Assembly (NCBI RefSeq): GCF_001194135.2
Contig: NC_068984.1
Coordinates: forward strand, 42,909,133 to 42,956,617
DNA: 47,485 nucleotides
Origin: Octopus bimaculoides
Taxonomy: Eukaryota
Reading direction: 5' to 3'
In this document: positions 11,901-22,655 of the stretch, one piece after another
How the letters are laid out: every line of letters begins with the position of its first letter
Position numbering within the stretch: the first letter of the stretch is position 1
Notes under the pieces: generated by a model
Databases searched by the model: none
What the model saw: only the letters and a program-made list of their open reading frames with translations
Told to the model about the DNA's origin: nothing
Position numbers and translations under genes: made by a program

Positions 11901-13127
11901 CAATACCCTAAAACGTCTGTCAATTCGCTGCCTTTACGGTTGGTTAAGAAACTAAACAAAGCGTTACAAATTACTAAGATACCTATATATGACACGAGTT
12001 TTATATGCGCATGCACACGTGCGTTTGAGAGCGTGATTATGTGTGTAAGCAGGGGTATATGCGCACGCAAGTGTGTATGTGCGAAGTGCATGTTTAATTG
12101 AACCTAAAATTATGAAAACCCGACGAATCTTTGCCACGGTTTGAAACTCAGAATTAAGAGAGACGTATTACTTTAATACATCCTGCTCGAATCCCATTAA
12201 TTAAGTTATCGATATATTTTGATATTTGATAATTCCGTTAATGCTGACTTCCATTTACTCTGTTCCTATTTATATATTAACGGTCTAACATTTGTATTAG
12301 AAATCTTTATTTTGTTTATACTGTGACCTGTTCTGTTTTTTTTCTCTTCCTTGTAGCCTTTTTCACTAATTCAGATTTATTTGGATAAGCTTATAACTAG
12401 TAGTACCTCGGTCATCCACTGTAGGTTTGATGTTTATTCTCACTAGTTGAATCCAAAATTACAGTCTACATCTTGCTCGTTTACTTCGTTGGAGGAAATG
12501 TCATGGTTATACTATATGTAATCCAAATTATTAAAACTATTATAAAAAGGAGTCTGTGACGCTATTTAGCTAATACCTAAACATTTTTATTTCTTAAAGT
12601 TTGGTTCATATACTTTAACTAATGTGTAAGTTACATTATTTTGATACTCGAGCCATAAGACTACTCTGTTTTAGTGTCTGTAACATTTATGGGTTAATGT
12701 TAATTAAATCACATTAAATCTCAACGATACTTCTCTATAATAAAATTTAATACCTTTAACATATTTTTAATGATGAACAGCAGCTAATATTACTAACTCA
12801 TAAAAATCTTGCTTTAACACTCGTAAACTCGAAATTTAGACGGGTAACTCTGGTAGTTGGTTGTGGACAGAACATGTTTACTCAAGAAAATTAGCTTTAC
12901 AATGTGGAAGCTAATGTTGAATTGTTACTCCCTTAATCCATTACAATAAATAAAATCAACTTGATGCAGGTAGTCCTGGGTTAAACAAACAACCCTATCT
13001 GTTTTCTTTCTTCATTCTTTTGTTGTTGTTGTTGTTTTTTTGGGGGTTTTTTTACGATAGATTCATAGTGTTCAGTTATCGCAATGTAACAGAACTCGTG
13101 TCAAAAGTGACAGCAATAATTTCTTCT

Positions 13128-13179
13128 GGCCATACAGGGTACTTAATTATAAACGCAATTAAGTACCCTCGTCATGGTC
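13128..13179. other. Inverted repeat / hairpin with 13-bp perfect core
   Basis: agggtacttaatt-ataaacgc-aattaagtaccct, extendable to ~21 bp with two 1-nt bulges. Confidence 0.8.
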
Positions 13180-14169
13180 GTAATGCAGTGTGACAAAATA
13201 GGCATCTTCGACTTCGAGCAAGATTTATCCACTATCCTCTCCACTTAGTCATCCTTGTTCTCTGAAAAATGCTGTTTTGTTGTTTAATGCAGCAAAGTCC
13301 AATTATATTCTAAAGTGATGAAAATTGGTTGTTGGGATGTTCGCGACGTTCTAAGACTGAAAGAAGCAAAATTACTTCAACAAGTTATTGTTCCATTTTG
13401 CTCACCAATGCATGTAAAAGAAAAAGAGAAAAAAAAACTAGAATCTAAGAAAAATTCAATGCAATCAATAATCATTGTTTTCAAAAGTGAATAAGTTGAG
13501 AGAGGAGAATTATAACTGAAGAGTTCTTCGGTGAAGGAAAATAAGGAACTATGAGTTGGATGGCTGTAAATAAGGTATAAATAAGGAGGATAAGAAAACG
13601 AGTGGAAGGAAGCCGTGACCTAGCATTGTAAGGGTGAAAAGATCACAAGCCAGAGCAGTGGAGTGAAACAAGGTAGGAAGGAAGTAGTAAAGAAGAAATT
13701 TTTGTTTATAGATGCACAGGCAAAACATATATATGAAACCAGGGAGAAGTAAGAGAAGTTAAAAAGAGTTGACCCTTCGCCACGCCCTTTGCAACCATGT
13801 CCGCGAGGTGCGGCTGAACACGCCATTTATTCTGAAGTGTACAACCCGCTAACTCTCTCTCTCTCTCTCTCTCTCCTCTTCTCCTACTTAGTTCTCGCTG
13901 CTTTTTTTTCTTTTTCTTTGATTCATTGGTGAGATAGCTATGAGTTTTTTCTCCATAATTTGATCTCTTACACTGTTAATGTGTTTTTTTTTTCCTTTTT
14001 CTTCTTCCTGTAAAAATATGTTGTTAATAACATGTGATTCGTAAATGTTAAAAGGATTAAGATTAATTAGTATGTATTTGTACACACAACCACCCACACA
14101 TGTATAAACGAGTATATGCATGAAAACATAGACGTACGTATGTATATGTGTATGTGTGCATGTATGTTC

Positions 14170-14918
14170 TGTTCTGTTTTTAATTATTAAATTTTTCTCT
14201 GCGGAAGGAGTTGATTTCTAACAAAGATACAAAATTCTATCGCTGGAATGTAGATAAAATCAAGTTCGTATTTTAAACTTGAGAAAAGCCTTGCATTATT
14301 TTACTGTTCCACTTAGAGATTGTATTTGTAATGTACGAGTTAGTTGATTGATTTCTTTTTCTGAAAATTCTAGCTTATCGAGATTGTCACTTAGGCATTT
14401 ACTCACAAAACCAACTGCACCATTTATTATTGGTATAAATGAGGATTTATAATCTGGATAAGGAAGCTGGAGCTTTCATGGCAGTTGTCCATAGTTATCC
14501 TCCTTTTATTATTTTCAAAGATATGTTCGCATGTTGGTACATACGTTTTTGTCCCAGACAACAATATCTGGTCAGTTATTTTAACACATATGTTTTGACA
14601 GATGTTTTTATGGGAATGTTCTACCAGTATTCCTTGTGTTTATGTTCGTGTATGTATTCAATAACAGGAGTATTCTCTATATTTACTCCAGGACAGTCTT
14701 TTTTTTTTCTGAATAGCATTGTATATCGTTTTTGCGACAACATAGTGTCGCATAGAGAGGCAGTACCTTGATGACATTTTTGGGCAGCTGCTAATCACAT
14801 GTGTGATATCTTTCTCAGAAATATAGCATAATCTACATTTTTGGTTGCATCTTGGAGCTCCAGGGGTTTCACTGTCTCTTTTGTTTATCAGGTATTTCTC
14901 CTGTTCATGGATTGCTAA
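14170..14918 (-). mobile_element. 5'-truncated R4/Dong-type RLE LINE (distinct subfamily): CCHC finger, endonuclease region, C-terminus and 3'UTR
   Basis: AIHEQE...CRLCYISEKDITHVISSCPKMSSRYCLSMRHYVVAK (ORF 14658-14969), then HKEYW*NIPIKTS, and YPDYKSSFIPIINGAVGFVSKCL...LQIQSLSGTVK*CKAFLKF (~14270-14460). Confidence 0.85.
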
Positions 14919-15624
14919 TGTTTGTATGTATGTTCGTATGTATGTACATATGTACACGCAAGCATACATTAGTACATATGCATAAATTCATACAAACATA
15001 CTTTTACCAAAGCATAATAAATAATGCTGAAAGCGAATGAGGAAAGAATTTAGAAGGATGAAGTATAAAAATGAGGTGCAGTAGCATAAGTAGAGAAAGA
15101 ATACGTAAGAGTAAGAAATCTAAACGGTCACAAGTTCTTGTGAAAAGCATACATACACTCCCCCAGGCACAGGGACTGTTGATACAGATTCAGGTTCCTC
15201 CCTACACCCTGAAAAAAATCGCTATAATGAAAGGCGAGAGAGCTGTGAATAGGACAATTTATTTTAACCGGAAGAAAGTAAAATCCATTCCTAAGCGCTG
15301 GTGGCGTATGTACCAAGGATAAGGATGACATGGTATTCCTTATACAAGTGGATATGAAACATTGTTTTTTATGAAATGGTATCACAGACTGGTGTGCTAT
15401 TGTAATGGTCAGACGAATTTCTCTTTATTAAACGCAAAGCATTTTGATGGCTGTCTACTTAAGAAGGAATAAGAAAGCCCATCGAAAGAATAATTCCTAT
15501 TTGGCGTAATTAGACTTAGACTATCCCTCGATTTGCTATCATCAGCTGGCATTTTTGAGTGCCTTTAGTGGAGTATATTCTGCTGTAAACATTTGAACCA
15601 ATTCCTGTAAAGGGTCACAATACT

Positions 15625-15775
15625 TGACTGGCAGTTCATTTTATTGACCCCGATAGGTGAAAGGCAAAGATGACTTCGACGGGTTTTGAACTCAGAACGT
15701 AAAGGGCTGAAAGAAACGTCATTAAGCATTGCATCCGACACGTTGATGATTCTGTCAGCTTGTTTCCTTCCAGTA
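15625..15775 (-). mobile_element. tRNA-derived SINE (Meta/MESC-like central domain, assignment from memory)
   Basis: ttattgaccccgataggtgaaaggcaaagatgacttcgacgggttttgaactcagaacgtaaag; homologous to 43960-44070 and 35940-36150. Confidence 0.7.
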
Positions 15776-18686
15776 ATAATAATGTAATCCAAGCGGCAAA
15801 TAGAGTGAGTCATTGAGAGATATGTCAAAATGCTTGGTAGTGTTTCTCATGACTGTCTAAGTTTATATCTCTCTGAGATCAGCTTTGTGCAGTATCTATA
15901 TGGAGACGATAAAATAATACCTGTCCAGGAGGAGAACAGACAAAATTGTCTGAGCTTTGGGTGGATGCGTTATGATTTCTCTTCTGTCTGTGTTCTGAAT
16001 TCACAAGTAGTTGACGTAAATTCGTTGCCTTGTTTAACACAACAACCTGGTTATTGCATTAACGAAGCTACTCCTGCTGCATGATTCTATTTGACAAAAA
16101 TTCCTCCCTGCATCTCACCAATTTTGGAGAATCTAAAGAATATATAGTCATGCGCTCTGCTCTTACTTTCATAGCTGAATGGTTAAAAACAGTATCGCAA
16201 TACTCAATACAGAAAGTTCTGTGTATTATACAATTCACTGTGATTATCACACATACTCTATTATATCTTAAACTTCTAATATAGGATCATGTGTCCTGCA
16301 ATTCGTTGTTTTCTTTTAATAGTGAAGACAAGATCCTCTATAACAGGCGTTAGAGTGAAGAACAGATTTCGTGAGTTAATTGAGTCGAAGGCGAGCATGC
16401 AAATGAGATACAAGTTGCATATTCAAACGTATTTAAAACGAATTTATAAAGATACAAATGAAGAGTTTGGGTTTGTATTTCTAGCAAATCACACAACCAT
16501 ATCGACGTTTTCGTTACTAGCATGTCAGACTTATGGTTTGATGTCAAAATGAGAAATGAATATTATTAAGTGACGTGTGGATGTAGTGTAGAACAATAAC
16601 TAAGATACCAGCAGTCCGCGACTGTAACATCTTTTCTTCCTTCAATTGTAATGGAACATCTTCGTCTCTTAGTGGTTTTAAGAAATACATGAAGTTCATT
16701 ACAACATCTTGATATTTTCCAAATAATATAGAGTATTCCTTAAAAATTGCTGGCCTTGCTTCAAGATTCGAAAGAATATTACAAATAGAACGAACTTGGC
16801 TATCCATGCTAGCGCCTGATTATACACTTTGATGATTATGACCTTCTCGTAGGTTTCCTTTGAGTTTTAAACATAAACTTGTGATATACAAAGGAAATTA
16901 CAAATACATCATGTAAAACTAAACAAACATTTTCTTCTCTTATTTGTACGCTTTGTTTTGTGTCATCTGTACTTTCCATTTGGTCATGAGTCGTTACGCC
17001 TTACGCCTTATTGAACATGTCGTCATGTGTTACCCCATATTGAAGGCTGCATTTTTTTCTGTTAACACAGGCAAAAGTATTTCGTAACTCTAGCCACTGA
17101 AACTTAATCATGTCGTTTGGATCAATAAACATTAATGGTAAATAAAGCCTCGCGCAAATGGAAGTAGCAGACGATATAACGCTGCAATCGAAACACAAAA
17201 CAATGCAGTATATTTGTGAAGGGAGGGAACATTTTTACGAGTGAATAAATAAGAGTAAATAAACATTATAAAGATGAATTACTATGTCACTAAAATGCTA
17301 AATATATGGACTGTGGTAGAGGTTAATTATCCATCCGGATGCATTCTTTGTAAGATCTTTTTTACATAGTCTAAAGTGCTGGGTAAAAACAGAAATCTGG
17401 TGAAACTGGTGATGATGTATAATTTATAAAACTTAGTGAATAAAAAAGTTCTAGACTGGTTTCATAATTTCAATTTTCATAAGAGTATCAAGTGAATATA
17501 TTTTGGATTCTTGCTTTCGTCTACTAGTGAGGAAGAGAAAGAAAATGTAGCAGTCAGTTTGGTTGTAAGTTGGTAAATGACAGATTAATATATATAATTC
17601 AGTTAAAGTAGGTACTAAGATACTTTATGTAATAAGCCGAGAAACTACTGTAATTAAGATTGCATTCGTAGTGATGAATATAAAAACTCATTATCATAAT
17701 AACTCTGGCCCAAAATGCAAGGGAGACAACTATTGAAATTTACATTAATTATAATTATTTAAAAATTGAATTCAGGGTTTCAATGATTCTTCTTAGTTCG
17801 GTAACTATTGTGTACATGTTTTGGTGGCCTCATTAATGAAGAATATATTTTAGAGTGACTAGAGGGGGAAATAGGAATTTTTGTGATAAGCAACTGGCTG
17901 GTTCGAATGATTAAGGGAGAATAAATAGGATGCCACATGCAGGAAAAACAGATAATGATTTAGTGTACTAAGAAATTAATTTAAATTACACCCGTACCCG
18001 ATAGCGAACATCATTACTTTAACGATTAGTTCCGGTCAAGAAAAGCAAGAGAAAAAACGGTAAAGAATGAGGATTCATCGATCCGTTTATTATTGGAATA
18101 AACAATTAAAATCCGACAGACAATGATATTTCAATATCTTACTTTATTTTTGATTATTTTTCATACCACATATCAACATTTCATTACATAAATACATAAG
18201 CACAACTATTATATTAACTGAGATGTATATTGAATTCACTTAATAAATCTACTTCTAACTCTCACCCGCTTTTCTTCAGCCTCTCTACATCTCTCTCACT
18301 TTCTCTCTCTTTCTCACTCTCTCTCTCTTTTTCTTTCTCTCTCTTTACGTGCAATGTATGCATATGTTGAGTTTGTTACATTTTTGCCTGCATATGTTAT
18401 GAAAATTAGGATGTTTTTCTAGTTAATATTTAAACAACATAAAAACCTAGATTTTTAAGTAAATAATTTTGTTCTAAATAAATAATTTTGAATTAAATAA
18501 AAATATTGTCTAGATTAAAAAGAAACATGAGCGGATGATTTATGAAAATATATATTTACCTATTTAATTGATATGCAACATTAATTTAACAATTTGCAAA
18601 TATAATTTGTTGTAGATAGTTTTCATGTTTACCAGTTATTATTTCAGTTGGACTGACTACGGCCTTAATGAAAAACATTACTACTG

Positions 18687-18687
<1 letters not shown>

Positions 18688-18755
<68 letters not shown>

Positions 18756-18770
18756 ATCATTATTATTATT
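18688..18770. repeat. (TTA)n tract at the 3' end of LINE unit C
   Basis: Direct reading. Confidence 0.95.
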
Positions 18771-19980
18771 CATATACACTCAACAGATTAAATCGTTGAA
18801 AAAGAAAGGTATCGTAACATCAGGCTACGACAAGTAGCCTTAGCTGCCAAGAACCCTCCTATTCAGTTACAGCAAGTAACCTTTGATGCCAAGAACGCTC
18901 CTAAGTATCCCAGCTGTCCTTAATACTACTCTTTCCTGCAGCTGTACTAAACTGGGTTTTATGCCTATTTGCTCTATCCATTTGTTCAGATCTTTAGGGA
19001 CAGTTCCCAATGCACCTATAACTACTGGAATACATTTTACTCGCACTTTCTATAGTCTCTGTAATTCAATAGCTAGGTCCTGGTACTTTAATATTTTTTC
19101 TATACCTCTCATATTATTTTTTCCTCATTTGGGACTGTAATGTCAATTATCTGGCATTTTCTATTCTCTTTATCTACTACTACTAAATCAGGCCTTCTTG
19201 CTTCCGTTACTCTGTCAGTCTAAAAGTTAAAGTCACACAACAACTTCTATTTCTTACTTTCTACTACTTTACTAAGTTCATGTTCTTACCATTTATCAGT
19301 ATGTTCAAATCTTAGCTTTCTACATAACTCCCTGTGAATTGCTCTACCGAGATTGTCATGTATTTTCTTATATTCTTTCTGTGCCAGCATCCTACATACA
19401 CTTACTATATGCGTAACTTTTTTCCTCTTTTGATTTGAATAATCTGCACTGGGAATTTATTTGGTTTTTGTCTATCTTGGCTTTTATCCAATTAGACCAT
19501 AATGCTTGATCTTGTGCAGCTACTAACAAACTTCCTTCTCCCTTTTCAGCTTTCCTATATGCAGCCATGACCATGTCTCACTACTACTATTTGTTGAAGC
19601 TATCTTTGGGAATCCACCATGCAACACCTTCTCCTGCCAGTCAGGTAAATTCTGTTCCTTTTTCTGGTTTTTAAGTTCGTTTGGTGTTTTGATTTCCCTG
19701 TGTCTTGCTGTGACTCTAGAAGCTCTTGATAAACTTTCTTCACTATTACCTACATAGAAATTTATATCTACTCTAGCAAACACCACAAAGTCTTCTACTG
19801 ATATTAGCCCTTTTCCTCCTTCTTTTGTAGATAAGTATAATCTTGCTACTAGTCCTCTTGGGTGGAGTCCTCCATTTATATTGAATTCCTTCCTAGTTCT
19901 TCTGTCTAGCTTTGATAATTCAGTTTTTCTCCAATCTGCAAAAGCTGCTGAGTATCTAAGTAATGATACTGCCCAAGTAT
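18771..19980 (-). mobile_element. R4/Dong-type RLE LINE, 5'-truncated (unit C)
   Basis: NTWAVSLLRYSA...LHPR...RLYLSTKEGGKGLISVED...WQEKVLHG...AAQDQAL...CRL...RRPDLVVVDK...IIDITVP...KYQDLAIELQRL...IPVVIGALGTVPK...TAGILRSVL, with several stops and frameshifts. Confidence 0.9.
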
Positions 19981-19984
19981 TTTA

Positions 19985-20708
19985 TTATCATTATATGAAA
20001 ACTCACAGCATATTTTGCTGGGTATGATGTAAAGTGTCAGCTGTCCACAGCCAGCAGACTAAGGTGACACTTGTTTACTGGTCATGCTTCAAGAACCTTG
20101 CGGAGAATTCTTGCAGTTTCAAGCAATGCTGATTTGTGTAGGTGTTCTACCTTCACACTTGCACCGATCTTTTTCAGCTGTGTTAGTAGATGAATGCTAA
20201 TACTTCTAAGTGCATTAATTACTATTGGTATCACCTCTACTCTCTTCATTGACCACAACCTTCGTATTTTCCACATTAAATAATCGTAGTTGTTTATTTA
20301 TTCTTCTTTCACATTGATCCTGTTGTCACCGGGTCATGCTACGTCGATAATCATACATGTTCTTTTTTATTCACCACAACAATGTCCGGTTTCCTATGCC
20401 TGGCCAGGTGATTGCACGAGATCATTACATCCCACAGGATTTTGCAGTTCTCATTTTCAATGACTCCTTCTGGGGTTCAATCCACGTCTTTGCTCTTGTA
20501 GGTAATTTCCACAGAGCTCCCAATGGATCATTCTTGCCACATTGCCATGGCGTCGCTTGTATTGGCATTGTGCCAATTTCGAGGATTCGCTAATGATGTG
20601 CCATACAGTTTCACCCCTCTCACCACACATTCTGAATTTGTCGCTGTCGGTAGTGTTGTCTATTCTGCACTTCATACAATTGGTTCTCAATGCTTGTTCC
20701 TGAATAAA
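19985..20708 (-). mobile_element. R4/Dong-type RLE LINE, 5'-truncated (unit B)
   Basis: QEQALRTN...RMCGERGETVWHIISE...YKRRHGNVARMIHWELC...ENENCKILWD...RKPDIVVV...WKIRRLWSMKRVEVIPIVINAL...SALLETARILRKVLEA* plus 3'UTR. Confidence 0.9.
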
Positions 20709-20728
20709 AATTATTATTATTATTATTA

Positions 20729-21098
20729 AGTGAGAGAGCAGTGCATGCCATCAAAGTGAAACTGGTGTGAAATATACGAAGCCCGGTACACCCATCATGA
20801 CTGCCCATATGATAAAGATACACCAGGCACATGCATCACAACAATATGTGTGTGACATAGTGCGTGACATAGTGCGTGACATAGCGATCAAGATAAGCAG
20901 CGCATGACCTTGCAGGTGTGGCTCAGTTAGAACTTTGTTCAGGTCGAGTAGCCCATCCCGCTCAAAAGATCCCTGAATAATGGTTGTTTATGGATGATGA
21001 ACATGTTTCCAAAGGTGGATGAAAGTGTCGAGAATGGTACGGATGAACACACCTGTCCTGAGCATATGCCTGTAGTTGGAAACCCTTTGTGGTTAAAC
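20729..21098 (-). mobile_element. ~370-bp non-coding interspersed repeat ending in a (TAA)n tail (unit X; SINE or LINE 3'UTR)
   Basis: No RT-like translation. Ends ...ggcatgcactgctctctcact-taataataataa and contains tgacatagtgcg x3 (~20853-20885). Resembles a high-copy octopus repeat I recall (unverified). Confidence 0.55.
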
Positions 21099-21099
<1 letters not shown>

Positions 21100-21190
<91 letters not shown>

Positions 21191-21205
21191 ATTATTATTA
21201 TTATA

Positions 21206-21241
<36 letters not shown>

Positions 21242-21243
21242 GT
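21100..21243. repeat. (TCA)n(TTA)n compound microsatellite
   Basis: Direct reading. Confidence 0.95.
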
Positions 21244-22254
21244 TCAGTAGTTTTATTTTTATNNNNNNNNNNNNNNNNNNNNNNNNNNNNNNNNNNNNNN
21301 NNNNNNNNNNNNNNNNNNNNNNNNNNNNNNNNNNNNNNNNNNNNNNNNNNNNNNNNNNNNNNNNNNNNNNNNNNNNNNNNNNNNNNNNNNNNNNNNNNNN
21401 NNNNNNNNNNNNNNNNNNNNNNNNNNNNNNNNNNNNNNNNNNNNNNNNNNNNNNNNNNNNNNNNNNNNNNNNNNNNNNNNNNNNNNNNNNNNNNNNNNNN
21501 NNNNNNNNNNNNNNNNNNNNNNNNNNNNNNNNNNNNNNNNNNNNNNNNNNNNNNNNNNNNNNNNNNNNNNNNNNNNNNNNNNNNNNNNNNNNNNNNNNNN
21601 NNNNNNNNNNNNNNNNNNNNNNNNNNNNNNNNNNNNNNNNNNNNNNNNNNNNNNNNNNNNNNNNNNNNNNNNNNNNNNNNNNNNNNNNNNNNNNNNNNNN
21701 NNNNNNNNNNNNNNNNNNNNNNNNNNNNNNNNNNNNNNNNNNNNNNNNNNNNNNNNNNNNNNNNNNNNNNNNNNNNNNNNNNNNNNNNNNNNNNNNNNNN
21801 NNNNNNNNNNNNNNNNNNNNNNNNNNNNNNNNNNNNNNNNNNNNNNNNNNNNNNNNNNNNNNNNNNNNNNNNNNNNNNNNNNNNNNNNNNNNNNNNNNNN
21901 NNNNNNNNNNNNNNNNNNNNNNNNNNNNNNNNNNNNNNNNNNNNNNNNNNNNNNNNNNNNNNNNNNNNNNNNNNNNNNNNNNNNNNNNNNNNNNNNNNNN
22001 NNNNNNNNNNNNNNNNNNNNNNNNNNNNNNNNNNNNNNNNNNNNNNNNNNNNNNNNNNNNNNNNNNNNGTGCAGCAATTAAAAATCCTTCAGTCTCTGCT
22101 TTGAGTCCTGAGCTTCTCAACCATTGCTGGGATTTTTCTCTGTCTATTTCTTTTGCATTTAGTTTAGCCCAGTATTTACCATGTAGGGGCTTTTCTTGCC
22201 ATCGTTTTATCATGGTCCGTTGCTGTTCTAGTTTTAGTTTGGATGGTCCGTTGC

Positions 22255-22255
<1 letters not shown>
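21244..22255 (-). mobile_element. R4/Dong-type RLE LINE, 5'-truncated, mostly hidden in an 806-nt gap (unit A)
   Basis: Uninterrupted KLKLEQQRTMIKRWQEKPLHGKYWAKLNAKEIDREKSQQWLRSSGLKAETEGFLIAA runs into the gap; (TAA)n on both sides. Confidence 0.8.
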
Positions 22256-22324
<69 letters not shown>

Positions 22325-22343
22325 GTTGTTATTGTTGTTGTTT
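22256..22343. repeat. (TTA)n/(TTG)n microsatellite
   Basis: Direct reading. Confidence 0.95.
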
Positions 22344-22344
22344 T

Positions 22345-22520
22345 ATTGTCTTTGCACAGTTTCTAACGCTGGAGATGTATTACGGTGTCAGCTGTTCATT
22401 ACCCGTGAACTAGGGTAATACACCTTATTTTTCAAGCACCAACCGGAGTATTCGAGCGGTTCCAAGCGGTGCTGTTTTCTGTAAATGCTCTACCCTTATT
22501 GCAGTCCCTATTTGTCCTGA
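22345..22520 (-). mobile_element. Short 3' end of R4/Dong-type LINE (unit D; same family as unit B)
   Basis: GQIGTAIRVEHLQKTAPLGTARILRLVLEK*, then a 3'UTR sharing acagctgacac with unit B, then a (AAC/TAA)n tail. Confidence 0.8.
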
Positions 22521-22655
22521 GTTCAAATCCCACCAAGGTTAACTTTTCGCCCTTTCGATGTCGATAAAATAAAGAACTATTCAAGTACTGTAGTCAATGG
22601 TATCAAGCAACTCACTCTTCTCAAAATGACTAGCCTAGAATCTAAATCAGAAATG
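22513..22655 (+). mobile_element. Headless SINE fragment (Meta/MESC-like domain)
   Basis: ctgagttcaaatcccaccaaggttaacttttcgccctttcgatgtcgataaaataaag. Confidence 0.6.

Noticed and set aside
11621-11903. Protein-like ORFs on both strands
   Set aside because: Sequence is better explained as degraded SINE head and core fragments.
13560-13600. TATA-like gtataaataagg as a promoter
   Set aside because: Such motifs are frequent in AT-rich DNA, and no downstream exon is supported.
16544-16807. 87-aa minus-strand ORF of plausible composition
   Set aside because: No recognisable domain and weak splice signals; a faint hAT-like LKP motif is not enough.
17071-17137. AG/GT-bounded segment containing ATG (MSFGSININ), phase-compatible with the 46384 acceptor
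   Set aside because: All three frames contain stops upstream of the ATG, and the 29-kb join is pure speculation without transcripts.
18688-22520. CRISPR-like or prokaryotic-type repeat-spacer array
   Set aside because: The separators are TAA microsatellites and the intervening units are LINE fragments in a eukaryotic context; no cas genes.
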